The position numbers were made by a program, and so were the translations under genes. From NCBI GenBank assembly GCA_033762815.1, contig JANRLF010000006.1:71631-135630 (forward strand): a stretch of DNA of 64,000 nucleotides. The letters are read 5' to 3'. This DNA is from Chitinophagales bacterium (GTDB taxonomy: Bacteria; Bacteroidota; Bacteroidia; Chitinophagales; CAIOSU01). Shown piece after piece: positions 20,825 through 30,086 of this stretch (position 1 is its first letter; every line of letters starts with the position of its first letter). The notes beneath the pieces are model-generated. The model had not been told where the DNA came from, did not search any database, and saw nothing but the letters and a program-made list of their open reading frames with translations.

Positions 20825-21043
20825 TTACATATTCGGAAGAATCTTTTGCTTGTCTTTAAGATAGGCATAAACGGCACGTAGGTGTATCGGTTGAATAGAG
20901 GGATAGCTTTCCAATATTTGAGCTTCTGACCAACCTTCTATCAACAATTCCAATATCAGCTCAACCGAAATGCGCGTACCTTTTACAATAGGCTTTCCCA
21001 TTAAAATCGCATTATCCGCTATTATGTAACCTCTCCAGTCCAT
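20825..21043 (-). CDS. DUF433 domain protein (putative antitoxin)
   Basis: ILMGKPIVKGTRISVELILE...GWS...ILESYP signature. Confidence 0.9.
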   Translation of the reverse strand: MDWRGYIIADNAILMGKPIVKGTRISVELILELLIEGWSEAQILESYPSIQPIHLRAVYAYLKDKQKILPNM

Positions 21044-21124
21044 ATTCCAAATATACAATAGCTTCCTTTGCCTTCAAAGCTGTTTGCCTTAAGCCATAAG
21101 CTACAAAATGCTTAGCTTTACTGC

Positions 21125-21772
21125 ATGGATTTGCTCACGGGCGCATTTCTGAAAGCTTTCGCAGCTTTGTTTTCCATTGTCAATCCACTGGGGGCAATGC
21201 CCGTTTTCCTTTCGATGACCACGCGCGACACGCCGGCAGAACGTGCCCGAATCGTGATGAAAGCGTCCATTTACTTGGTAATCATTTTGATTGTTTCCTT
21301 TTTGGTAGGCACCTACATTTTGCAGTTCTTCGGCATCAGTATCAATGCCATGCGCATAGCGGGCGGTTTTATCATCCTCAACTCCGGTTTTTCGCTACTA
21401 GGGGGCGACTTTGCCAAGGCAAGGGCTATTGACGATAAAGTACAGACCGAAGCCATTTCCAAAAGCGATATTTCCCTTACCCCCTTGGCCATTCCCATGT
21501 TGGCTGGCCCTGGTTCTATTTCCCTATTGATAGGTTACGGTACTAGGGTAGATGACCTTAAAGGCTATATCACCATTATTTCCGTTATCATAGTGGTGGG
21601 GCTCCTCTCTTTTTTGATTTTAAGGGTTTCGCCCAAGCTGGTCAGTTTTTTGGGCGAAGCGGGCCTTAACTCCATATCGCGCATCATGGGCTTTATCGTA
21701 GTGTGCGTAGGGGTACAATATATCATTAACGGGGTAAAAGCCGTACTGGAAAGCTGGCGGTTAATACACTAG
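21125..21772 (+). CDS. MarC family membrane protein
   Basis: VNPLGAMPVF, PLAIPMLAGPG and SRIMG motifs. Confidence 0.95.
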   Translation: MDLLTGAFLKAFAALFSIVNPLGAMPVFLSMTTRDTPAERARIVMKASIYLVIILIVSFLVGTYILQFFGISINAMRIAGGFIILNSGFSLLGGDFAKARAIDDKVQTEAISKSDISLTPLAIPMLAGPGSISLLIGYGTRVDDLKGYITIISVIIVVGLLSFLILRVSPKLVSFLGEAGLNSISRIMGFIVVCVGVQYIINGVKAVLESWRLIH

Positions 21773-23001
21773 GCGCCCATCATTGCCCCGCCGCATACCC
21801 TTAGGGTTTGGCCATTGATACCGGCAGCGCCCGGTGAAGCCAAAAACACTGCCGCTTCAGCAATATCAATCGGCAGCCCAGCTTGCGATAAATTGTTCAA
21901 CCTTCTTGCGGCTTCCCTAGTGAAGAAAGGCATTTTGGCGGTCATTTTGGTTTCAATAAAGCCTGGGGCTATTGCGTTTGCGGTGATGCCCTTCCCTGGC
22001 CCCGATTCAACAATGGCTTTTACAAACCCTATCAATCCGGCCTTGGATGCTGCATAATTCGTTTGACCGAAATTGCCCGATATGCCAGAAATGGACGACA
22101 TACAAATGATTCGGCCGTTGTCCCTGACTAATTCGGGTAGTAAGGCCTCGGTAATTCTTATAGCCGCCTGTAAGTTCACATTTAGCACAGTATCCCATTG
22201 CTGGGCCTCCATTTTTGCCAATGTCTTGTCGCGGGTGATACCTGCATTATGCACGATTATGTCCAATCCGCCTAGCTGTTGCGCTTTCTCTTTAATCAAT
22301 AGAGGGGCATTATTATCGGTAATGTCCAGAGCCACCGCCTCTCCACCAATTTGACTGGCGACTGACTTCAATAATTCCAATTCAGCCTCCCTGTCCAGCA
22401 CCATTACTTTTGCGCCTTCTTCGGCCATTCTCCGGGCTATGGATTCGCCAATGCCCCTTGCCCCACCCGTAACCAAGGCCGTCTTGCCCGCCAAAGGCCG
22501 TACATACAGGGCTTCAGGGGTATTAGTGCTGGGCGCAACCCTAATAACCTGCCCGGTGATATAGGCCGAATGGGCCGATTGAAGGAACTGGATAAGCGGG
22601 TCCACCAAAGGTTTTAAATCTGCGGCACTGCCCTCCATCCGTATCAAGTTAACGGCGATGCCTTTTCTTCCCACCTCTTTTGCAACTGAGCGCATGAAAC
22701 CTTCCACAGCTTGTTGGGCAGTGTATTTTTCGATACTTCCCGTCCTTTCAAAGGAATTTAGCAAGATAATTCTACCGTTCTTCTTTACTGATTTCAGCCT
22801 CTCGTGAAGATAGGCGTACATTTCTTTGAGTTGGCCCACGGTCGCAATTGGGCTAGCATCGTATATCAGGTTGCCTTCTTGGGGTAAAACGGGTTGCCAG
22901 GGGCCTGTGGCTCTTAACAATCGGGGCGGCTTCGGAACGGGAAGGTTCAATAAATCGGCCAACTTCCTGAACGGCTTTCCTTCTGCCAAAAAATCACTCA
23001 T
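21769..23001 (-). CDS. High-molecular-weight 3-oxoacyl reductase (FabG4-like SDR with extra N-terminal domain)
   Basis: TGGARGIG, HNAGITRDKTL and YAASK motifs; ~165-aa N-terminal domain with EGFMRSVAKE...SAYITGQ. Confidence 0.88.
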   Translation of the reverse strand: MSDFLAEGKPFRKLADLLNLPVPKPPRLLRATGPWQPVLPQEGNLIYDASPIATVGQLKEMYAYLHERLKSVKKNGRIILLNSFERTGSIEKYTAQQAVEGFMRSVAKEVGRKGIAVNLIRMEGSAADLKPLVDPLIQFLQSAHSAYITGQVIRVAPSTNTPEALYVRPLAGKTALVTGGARGIGESIARRMAEEGAKVMVLDREAELELLKSVASQIGGEAVALDITDNNAPLLIKEKAQQLGGLDIIVHNAGITRDKTLAKMEAQQWDTVLNVNLQAAIRITEALLPELVRDNGRIICMSSISGISGNFGQTNYAASKAGLIGFVKAIVESGPGKGITANAIAPGFIETKMTAKMPFFTREAARRLNNLSQAGLPIDIAEAAVFLASPGAAGINGQTLRVCGGAMMGA

Positions 23002-23432
23002 GGCTGGGTCTTTGTGGCTTTTTTGGCTTCCAAATAATCGAATAGCATCAACATAGCCACCAAAAGAGGAATAATAGCTCCGTAAGAAAACCTGAAATAG
23101 CTTGCAGGCCCCGCCAAATTCTTAAAGGTGAAATACTTGAAAAGAATAATTCCAAATACAAGCACACTCAAAATAAAGGTAATAAGGCTGGTAATTGCTT
23201 GATTTTTGGGACTGCGGTAGAACAAAAGATTCAGCAGGCTAAACAATATGAGCAGGCTGCCACCAATGCCCCCTAAAAATATGCGGTACACCTCCCCGTC
23301 ACGATGGTATATATACATTTCATAAATGCTGCGGCTGCCCCCCGTCTGTGGATTGTACATTACGGGCACTATGAGTAGCAACAGCGAAAGCACCGCTGCC
23401 AGCATGCCAATCATTCTTGAGCGCTTAATCAT
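22998..23432 (-). CDS. DUF4293-like membrane protein (paralog 2)
   Basis: 4 TM helices; FYRSPKNQ resembles the YKNRxxQ motif of the neighbouring gene. Confidence 0.6.
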   Translation of the reverse strand: MIKRSRMIGMLAAVLSLLLLIVPVMYNPQTGGSRSIYEMYIYHRDGEVYRIFLGGIGGSLLILFSLLNLLFYRSPKNQAITSLITFILSVLVFGIILFKYFTFKNLAGPASYFRFSYGAIIPLLVAMLMLFDYLEAKKATKTQP

Positions 23433-23839
23433 CTTAACCTATCGCTTGAGCGCACCAATTTTTCGTCCTTTCTAATGTTCCTGATTGCCAAGAACAAAAA
23501 AATAAGGCTGAACAACAGCATAAACAACCCAGCTTTAAGGGTGGGATGGTAATTGATGCTGATATAATGAAAGAATTGGAACTTGTATATCCCCGCTACG
23601 ATGGCCAACAGCACGATTAACGTGCCGGTGAGCTTTATCTGAAGGGGACGGTTTTTGTACATTAATATGACCCCCACCGTGGCAATGATGAACAAGATAC
23701 TGCATGCCAGCCCTATGGTAGAATGAAAGGCAGTATAAACAACTTCGCCATTGTTATAACTAAAAAGCGGCAAGCCCAAAAAAATACCAACAAAAATGGC
23801 CGCCAATGCCAAATAGACGGTTTGTACGCGTTGTATCAT
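23429..23839 (-). CDS. DUF4293 family membrane protein
   Basis: MIQRVQTVYL, YKNRPLQ and IRKDEKLVRSSDRLR signatures. Confidence 0.9.
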   Translation of the reverse strand: MIQRVQTVYLALAAIFVGIFLGLPLFSYNNGEVVYTAFHSTIGLACSILFIIATVGVILMYKNRPLQIKLTGTLIVLLAIVAGIYKFQFFHYISINYHPTLKAGLFMLLFSLIFLFLAIRNIRKDEKLVRSSDRLR

Positions 23840-23900
23840 GTTGTAAAGATAAGGGCATAAGCAGAATAATCCTTATCCGTATAAAAGGTATTGGGGTTTT

Positions 23901-24284
23901 TCACATCCACTCTGCCAGGAAGCGGCGATAATCCTCTTTCAGTAGTTGGAACAAACGCGTGTAGCTCTCCATCTGATCGTACAAATTGGCGTCTTTTTCC
24001 ACCAATACATGCATGGCCGCAGGGTTATCGCCCAGCTTAATGGCCAATAAGTGGTCGGCTTCCTTCAGTTGGTGGTACAGTTCATCCGACACTTCCAGAT
24101 GCCTAATGAACTGGTTCTGGAATTGCTCCACCTGCGCCATCACTGCCGGGCGGTTATTCTTGCTGGCAATTTCTTCCAATTCCTTTTTGTATATGCGTAT
24201 TTCGTCCCTTACCGAATCGATTTCCTTTTTCCAGTCAGTAATTTGCTTGTGCAATTCGGCTCCATGTATTTTGTTGCTGGACAT
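23901..24284 (-). CDS. Hypothetical helical protein
   Basis: 127-aa amphipathic helical ORF (ELHKQITDWK...QFQNQF) with a palindromic operator upstream. Confidence 0.8.
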   Translation of the reverse strand: MSSNKIHGAELHKQITDWKKEIDSVRDEIRIYKKELEEIASKNNRPAVMAQVEQFQNQFIRHLEVSDELYHQLKEADHLLAIKLGDNPAAMHVLVEKDANLYDQMESYTRLFQLLKEDYRRFLAEWM

Positions 24285-24330
24285 CTATAGTAGGTTTTTT
24301 CCAAAGCTATTCCCATGCTTACAGGCATTA

Positions 24331-24346
24331 GATGATTTAAATCATC
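24331..24346. promoter_or_regulatory. Crp/Fnr-type palindrome GATGA-N6-TCATC
   Basis: Perfect palindrome GATGATTTAAATCATC; the same motif recurs at 41469 and 45606. Confidence 0.65.
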
Positions 24347-24460
24347 CCTGGGAATGATATTGACCTACAATTGGTTACTAAGGCGCAACCAGTTTTGCTT
24401 TGCACTTGTCAGTAGAAGCAGCAGGAGTTTGCCTAAATTTGTAGTTTGAATCATGCTGAT

Positions 24461-25468
24461 ATGATTGATACCGATATTTGTATTATTGGGGCCGGCCCGG
24501 TGGGATTGTTTGCCGTTTTTGAAGCAGGCCTCTTGAAACTGCGCTGCCACCTGGTAGATGCCTTGCCACAGATTGGCGGCCAGCTTTCCGAGATTTATCC
24601 CAAAAAACCGATTTATGATATCCCTGGTTTTCCGATAGTGATGGCCGAGGATTTGGTACAGGGGCTATTGAAACAAGCGGAGCCATTTAAACCCACCTTT
24701 ACGTTGGGCGAAAGGGTTGAAAGCTTCGAACGCCAAGCCGACCAGTCGTTCATTGTGAGCACCAACGAAGGCACGCAAATCCATTGCAAGGTCATTTGCA
24801 TTGCGGGCGGATTGGGTTGTTTCGAACCGCGCAAACCAGAACTGCCCGGCTTGGAAGCATTTGAAGGCAAGGGTATCGCTTATATGATATTGAACCCCGA
24901 GAAGTACCGCGATAAAAAAGTAATATTGGCTGGCGGCGGTGATTCCGCACTTGACTGGGCCATCTATCTGGCCGACGTGGCATCGGAGCTTACGCTGGTG
25001 CACCGTAGCCGTACCTTTAGAGGTGCCCCCGATTCGGTAGAGAAGGTGACCCATTTGGCCGAAGCTGGAAAAATCAAGCTGCACCTGAACTACAACCTTA
25101 CCGGTCTTAACGGCAACGGCCACCTGAGCCAAGTACAGTTGACCAACAGCGAGAACGGCGAAACGGTGAACATTGATACCGACTATCTCATACCCCTCTT
25201 CGGCCTAAGTCCAAAATTGGGGCCCATAGAGCATTGGGGGCTTAATTTGGACAAGAACTCCATACACGTAAATGTGGTCGATTTCGGAACCAATGTACCG
25301 GGCATATATGCCATCGGCGATATCAATACTTACCCCGGCAAGCTCAAGTTGATTCTCTGTGGTTTCCATGAAGCGGCATTGATGGCACAAGGTGCACACA
25401 AATACCTTTTCCCCGATCAAAAACTGACCTTGAAATATACCACCGTAAACGGAGTGACTGGGTTCTAA
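24461..25468 (+). CDS. Thioredoxin-reductase-like ferredoxin--NADP+ reductase
   Basis: GAGPVGL, GGQL...YPKKPIYDIPG, GGGDSALDW and YPGKLKLI motifs; no CxxC. Confidence 0.92.
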   Translation: MIDTDICIIGAGPVGLFAVFEAGLLKLRCHLVDALPQIGGQLSEIYPKKPIYDIPGFPIVMAEDLVQGLLKQAEPFKPTFTLGERVESFERQADQSFIVSTNEGTQIHCKVICIAGGLGCFEPRKPELPGLEAFEGKGIAYMILNPEKYRDKKVILAGGGDSALDWAIYLADVASELTLVHRSRTFRGAPDSVEKVTHLAEAGKIKLHLNYNLTGLNGNGHLSQVQLTNSENGETVNIDTDYLIPLFGLSPKLGPIEHWGLNLDKNSIHVNVVDFGTNVPGIYAIGDINTYPGKLKLILCGFHEAALMAQGAHKYLFPDQKLTLKYTTVNGVTGF

Positions 25469-26974
25469 TTACGCAAAAAGGCCTTTCAATGGCACGCTAT
25501 CCAAACTTTGCTCCCTTACCCCCTCTTTGCTCATAATGTAGTTGGCCGCCAGAGCACCAGAGGTATAGGCCGCCTCCATCAACATGGTCGGGTTGTCCAT
25601 TTTCACCCAATCGCCGGCAAGGTAGAGGCCTGGCACCTCAGTCCGTACCTCGGGCCTATTGGCGTACAAACCCGTATGGAAGGCAGGGAAATCATGCCGG
25701 TGCTGAAAGAAACTGTGCTTTATCTGTATGTTCTTTAGTTCGGGAAAATAATGGTAAAACTCATCCAACAAGGCAGCTTGGATATCGGCATCAGTGCGCA
25801 GCGTATCCGGCAGGGCATAGCTGTGCAGTTCAAATATGCCCCCATGGTGCCGCTCGCTCCAGGCCCTAGAAGTCTTTTCCATTTTATGGTACAGGGTTAC
25901 ACTGTCCAATGCCTTGAACCGATCGGTAAAAATGAAGAACGGCAGGTCTTTTTTAGCCTCGAACCTATCCGTCCATATCCGCCATACGGCATAGCGGTCC
26001 GAGGGCTGTAAATGGCTTACTTGCTCATAGAATTTGGGGTAAGCCTTCAGGCTGGCAGACTGCTCTACCAAAGGCTTGATATGCTTCACATCGGTGCATA
26101 GCACCGCATAATCATACTCGCCGCCATTTACCAGCCATTTGCCATTTTCAAGGGCCAATTCCTGCACGGGGCTTTGCATACGGATATCCACCCCATGTTG
26201 CAGCATATACCGCTCGCAGTAGGCAATAAAACTGGCTTGGAAATCATCGTTCAGCACGTCGTACAGCAGCCCATCTTCATTGCTCAGGAAGTAGAAATGA
26301 AAGCCTTTGATAAGCTCCGCCATGCTCATTTTCTCCGGTTCGGAAAAAAAAGCACGGGCAAAGGAATTGAATACCAGCCGCATCCGCTTGGGCATCATGG
26401 TGCGCTTGGCAAAGCTTTCAAAATCCTCTTTATCGAATTTTTTGAAAGTGCGTTCGCGGTCGTAGGTCAAGAGGTGCAAAAAGGGCATGCTCAGCGGATT
26501 GACCAAGGTGCCCCAGCCATACACGTCGCGTTTCTTCAAATCGAGCACATTCAAGCCGGGCGTGGCTTCCAGGCCCGCAAAGCCCATTTGGCTGCCATCG
26601 GCCAGTAGAATCAAATAATCATCTATGGGCACCAGATTATCAAATGCGCCGATGCGTTTCATAAAATCGCGCAAATTGTAGTACTGCCTAAAAAAGGCAT
26701 GGAAGCCATGCTCCACGTTCAGGGTCTCGCCTTGGCTTTCGAAAGTCCAGGCACCCACCTTACCCCCCAAAAAGCGGTCTTTCTCGAATAGGGTCACTTT
26801 AAAGCCCCTTGCTGCCAGGTTCGATGCGGCGGATATGCCCGCCAAGCCCCCACCTATTACCGCCACCTTTCTTTCTTCCGATAGCCGCTCGGGGCTGTTG
26901 ATATCAGGTTGGTAGATGCACTCCCTATAATGGTGCAGCTTGGCCCTGATTTTTCGGCGTAGCAGTTGCTTCAT
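25469..26974 (-). CDS. FAD-dependent oxidoreductase resembling CrtU (carotenoid ring desaturase / isorenieratene synthase)
   Basis: GGGLAG, HGFHAFFRQYYNLR, ELHSYA and LAGD...LMEAAYTSG motifs match my recollection of actinobacterial CrtU. Confidence 0.75.
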   Translation of the reverse strand: MKQLLRRKIRAKLHHYRECIYQPDINSPERLSEERKVAVIGGGLAGISAASNLAARGFKVTLFEKDRFLGGKVGAWTFESQGETLNVEHGFHAFFRQYYNLRDFMKRIGAFDNLVPIDDYLILLADGSQMGFAGLEATPGLNVLDLKKRDVYGWGTLVNPLSMPFLHLLTYDRERTFKKFDKEDFESFAKRTMMPKRMRLVFNSFARAFFSEPEKMSMAELIKGFHFYFLSNEDGLLYDVLNDDFQASFIAYCERYMLQHGVDIRMQSPVQELALENGKWLVNGGEYDYAVLCTDVKHIKPLVEQSASLKAYPKFYEQVSHLQPSDRYAVWRIWTDRFEAKKDLPFFIFTDRFKALDSVTLYHKMEKTSRAWSERHHGGIFELHSYALPDTLRTDADIQAALLDEFYHYFPELKNIQIKHSFFQHRHDFPAFHTGLYANRPEVRTEVPGLYLAGDWVKMDNPTMLMEAAYTSGALAANYIMSKEGVREQSLDSVPLKGLFA

Positions 26975-27962
26975 GCTTTTGCAGGTTGCGGTTCCATAGT
27001 TTTGAAAATTCGAAGGTAACGGTGTCCGAGGGTATCAATATATCGCGGTGGCCCGTAGCCGCTTGCAATCGTTTGTTGTTTTCCAAAAATACCAAGTCTT
27101 CCTCCACTATTTTGTTCGACTTGGCCAGCATAAAGGGCTTATCGAAAAAGAATAGCGGAAACTCATTGAATATCTTTTGCCAGGCCGTTATTTGGCACAT
27201 ACTGATGGTATGTTCGTCCACCTGGAAAAAGTGCTCGTAAATGACCATCCGGCGCTTTTTGAACTGGATATCGAGCTTGGAGGTGTGCGGAAACCAAAAA
27301 CCGAACTTGGTTTTAATGCTCCTGTCAAAACCAAAGTAAAACTTGTCCCAAATATTGCCATCGTTGTGGCGCAGGTATTCGCCCGTCATCCAGGTATCCT
27401 GCACGTTCAGGTTAAAATCCACCTCCTCGGCATGTAAATGGCCCATAAAGTTTTTGATACTGTTGCGGTGCACGTGGTTGATGTGGTAGGCATCTATCAG
27501 GCTCTCCGCTACCAGCTTCAGGTCGGCATCCAGGTAGTGGTAGTTGTACACCAGGGGGTAGGCATCTAGCTCCGCCATGGGGGGTATGCTGGCCTGGGCC
27601 ATTAGGGCCTCGTCGCCAATATACACCCATACGCCTTGGTGCCTCAGCTCCACGGGGTAGGCTTTCACCTTGATGGTACGGGGTATTTTCTCGCCCGCGG
27701 GCAAGGAAGGTATACAGGTACAGGCCCCCTGCGTGTCATACTCCCAGCCGTGGTAGCCGCACTTGATGGTTTCCCCCTTTACGTAGCCCAGGGAAAGGTT
27801 CACGTTGCGGTGGCAGCAGCGGTCTTCCACCACCCCTATTTTGCCCGATTCCGTTTTGAAGACCACCAGTTCCTCCCCCACTATCTTCTTCTTCAGTGGC
27901 TTGGCATCCTTCAGCTCGTCCAGCAGGCAAGCAAGGTACCATTGGTTTTTTATCATCTCCAT
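26925..27962 (-). CDS. Rieske non-heme iron oxygenase alpha subunit
   Basis: CxH...CxxH (CCHRN...CGYHGW) and DxxHxxxxH (DAYHINHVH). Confidence 0.92.
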   Translation of the reverse strand: MEMIKNQWYLACLLDELKDAKPLKKKIVGEELVVFKTESGKIGVVEDRCCHRNVNLSLGYVKGETIKCGYHGWEYDTQGACTCIPSLPAGEKIPRTIKVKAYPVELRHQGVWVYIGDEALMAQASIPPMAELDAYPLVYNYHYLDADLKLVAESLIDAYHINHVHRNSIKNFMGHLHAEEVDFNLNVQDTWMTGEYLRHNDGNIWDKFYFGFDRSIKTKFGFWFPHTSKLDIQFKKRRMVIYEHFFQVDEHTISMCQITAWQKIFNEFPLFFFDKPFMLAKSNKIVEEDLVFLENNKRLQAATGHRDILIPSDTVTFEFSKLWNRNLQKHEATATPKNQGQAAPL

Positions 27963-28141
27963 AGTTCAACAAGCTAACCAAAATGATGCTAAATTGTTTC
28001 AATGGACCATTGCAGATTTACAATTTCAGCCTGCTTTGGTTTTGCAGGGATAGACCATTTCTTGTGTCTCTTGGTGGCGATTATAGGGTAGGATTATTCG
28101 CGGTGTTTTATTTTGCAGGAGTCCGACGAGAATGGGAGAAG

Positions 28142-28239
28142 TTTTCCACAATTTAAAGCGAGCCTCAATAGTTTAATCGGCTGTTTTTGAGTCTTTTGTA
28201 TCAATTTATTATGCACACATGAGGTTTTAATGTGGATAA
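28142..28239. promoter_or_regulatory. Three DnaA-box-like 9-mers
   Basis: TTTTCCACA (28142), TTATGCACA (28209) and TGTGGATAA (28231) all fit TTWTNCACA. Confidence 0.4.
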
Positions 28240-28345
28240 TAGGATTTGCAATAGGGGGAGGCAAGGCATTATCTTCGTAATAGAATTTGAGTACATTGAA
28301 TCACAGTTAGGAATATTTTTTGTTAAATTTTACTATCTTGGTGCC

Positions 28346-29398
28346 ATGATTTCAAATCCAAAAATGATTACTCTAGGTCGTGAGTCTAGAGGATTAACCC
28401 AAAAGGAATTGGCTAATCTCCTAAATATAACCCAAGGTAGTATGTCGAAACTTGAGCAAGGTGTGCTTCATGCAAATGAGGATATGCTTTCGCTTTTAGG
28501 TAGGGAACTGAAATATCCCCCGTCATTTTTCACGCAAAAAGGAGATATTCTTCCAGAGAATTTTCTCTACAGAAAGAAAGTCAGCCTATCGGGCACTATG
28601 TTGAAGCGCCAATCATCTTACATGGCAATATGCCGGTTAATGGTACAGCGGATGATTAGCACTAGTTTTGTACCACTTAGAAGATTCCCTGTCATCCAGG
28701 TTACAGAGGAGGTTTCCCCCAGAGATATAGCAAATGCTGTGAGGGAGCAATTGGATATACCCAAGGGGCCGATACTTAACCTAATCGAAGTTGTTGAGAA
28801 GAGTGGCATAATTGTTATCGGGATTGATTTAGATACCGATAAAGTTGCAGGTAAAGGCATCATAACTGAAGGAATACCAATAATTTATTATAACATAAAC
28901 CTTCCTGCTGATAGACAACGTTTTACTATAGCACATGAGTTTGGTCATATTGTAATGCACTTAAACGTTTTCCCAGATGGTGATACTCAGGTAGAGATGG
29001 AAGCCAATAAGTTCGCCTCGGAATTTCTGATGCCTGCAGCACAAATACGTCAAGATCTTTCTGTACCGCTTAACTTAAGTTCATTAGGTGCCCTCAAAAA
29101 GAAATGGAAAGTTTCAATGTCCTCTTTGATTATTCGGGCTAAAGACTTAGGTATAATGAGTGACAGAGAATTTACTTTTTTTATGTCGCGATTTTCACAA
29201 TGGGGCTATAAAATGAGAGAACCTGCACAGTTCGATTTTTTGCCAGAGGAGACTTCCCTATATGAAGAAATGATTGAGAGATTCGCTAAATATAAAGGAG
29301 TCGAAATTATAGATGTTCCAAAGCTATTTTATTTGGATCAAAAGGAATTTTTTGAAAAATATGGAGGTAATTATAGGATGAAATATATGATAAATTAA
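28346..29398 (+). CDS. XRE-HTH plus ImmA/IrrE (peptidase M78) fusion regulator
   Basis: RESRGLTQKELA...SKLEQG HTH; RQRFTIAHEFGH (HExxH) and EMEANKFASEFLMP. Confidence 0.95.
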   Translation: MISNPKMITLGRESRGLTQKELANLLNITQGSMSKLEQGVLHANEDMLSLLGRELKYPPSFFTQKGDILPENFLYRKKVSLSGTMLKRQSSYMAICRLMVQRMISTSFVPLRRFPVIQVTEEVSPRDIANAVREQLDIPKGPILNLIEVVEKSGIIVIGIDLDTDKVAGKGIITEGIPIIYYNINLPADRQRFTIAHEFGHIVMHLNVFPDGDTQVEMEANKFASEFLMPAAQIRQDLSVPLNLSSLGALKKKWKVSMSSLIIRAKDLGIMSDREFTFFMSRFSQWGYKMREPAQFDFLPEETSLYEEMIERFAKYKGVEIIDVPKLFYLDQKEFFEKYGGNYRMKYMIN

Positions 29399-29429
29399 AA
29401 AGCCTGAACCTTTAGAGAAAGGCCCAGGC
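29397..29429 (-). terminator. Rho-independent terminator on the minus strand
   Basis: GCCUGGGCCUUU-CUCU-AAAGGUUCAGGC-UUUUU; pairs fully (with G-U) only on the minus strand. Confidence 0.75.
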
Positions 29430-29485
29430 CTTCGAAAACTGGCAACAAGGTTGGTTACCTTGCAGCAATCAGCTTCAATCTACCA
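29397..29485 (-). ncRNA. Putative counter-transcribed small RNA (~90 nt)
   Basis: Minus-strand TAGCTTTG -7 element (29490-29497) with TTG 20 nt upstream; internal hairpin at 29446-29462; 12-bp terminator stem plus U5 at 29397-29429. Confidence 0.55.
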
Positions 29486-29687
29486 AGAACAAAGCTACAA
29501 TAAGCTCGCCAGTTTTTCAAGACCCCTTTCTCTTAGGTCAGGTATTCCGTCATTAAAAAATGTTAAGAACCTGAAGTAATTGTTTACCAGCAAAGCATTC
29601 TAGGAATGATAGTGTCTACACGACAAAGGGAGAAGCCCCCTATGGGCAAGGCTATGAATTGTTTTATTTATTTTTAATTGTTTTATA

Positions 29688-30035
29688 ATGTATAAATATC
29701 AAATATTTAAAGGTCAAAATGACCAGTACTACTTCCGTTTGAAAGCTGGTAACGGAGAAACCATCTTAAGTAGCGAAGGCTATACAACAAAGCAATCCTG
29801 CGAAGCTGGTATTGCCTCTGTGAGAGTGCACTCGCCTTTTGATGAAAACTATGTTAGGCTTACTTCATCTAACAGTCAGTACTATTTTAATCTCAGGGCA
29901 AAAAACTGGGAAGTTATAGGTAAAAGCGAAACCTATACCACCTCATATGCGCGAGATAATGGTATTGATGCCGTTAAGCGAGAGGGGCCCTTCGCTCCTG
30001 TAGAGGACTTAACTCTTTCAAACAGTTATTATTGA
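29688..30035 (+). CDS. YegP/DUF1508 family protein
   Basis: Two copies of YFRLKAGNGETI..SEGY...GI.SV. Confidence 0.93.
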   Translation: MYKYQIFKGQNDQYYFRLKAGNGETILSSEGYTTKQSCEAGIASVRVHSPFDENYVRLTSSNSQYYFNLRAKNWEVIGKSETYTTSYARDNGIDAVKREGPFAPVEDLTLSNSYY

Positions 30036-30086
30036 TTTTTTTCACCGGGTACAGGCCTTGCCTGTACCCAAACTTAAAATTGTTTT

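Noticed and set aside
28192-28219. dif site
   Set aside because: TTATGCACACA resembles one Xer arm, but the other arm does not match.
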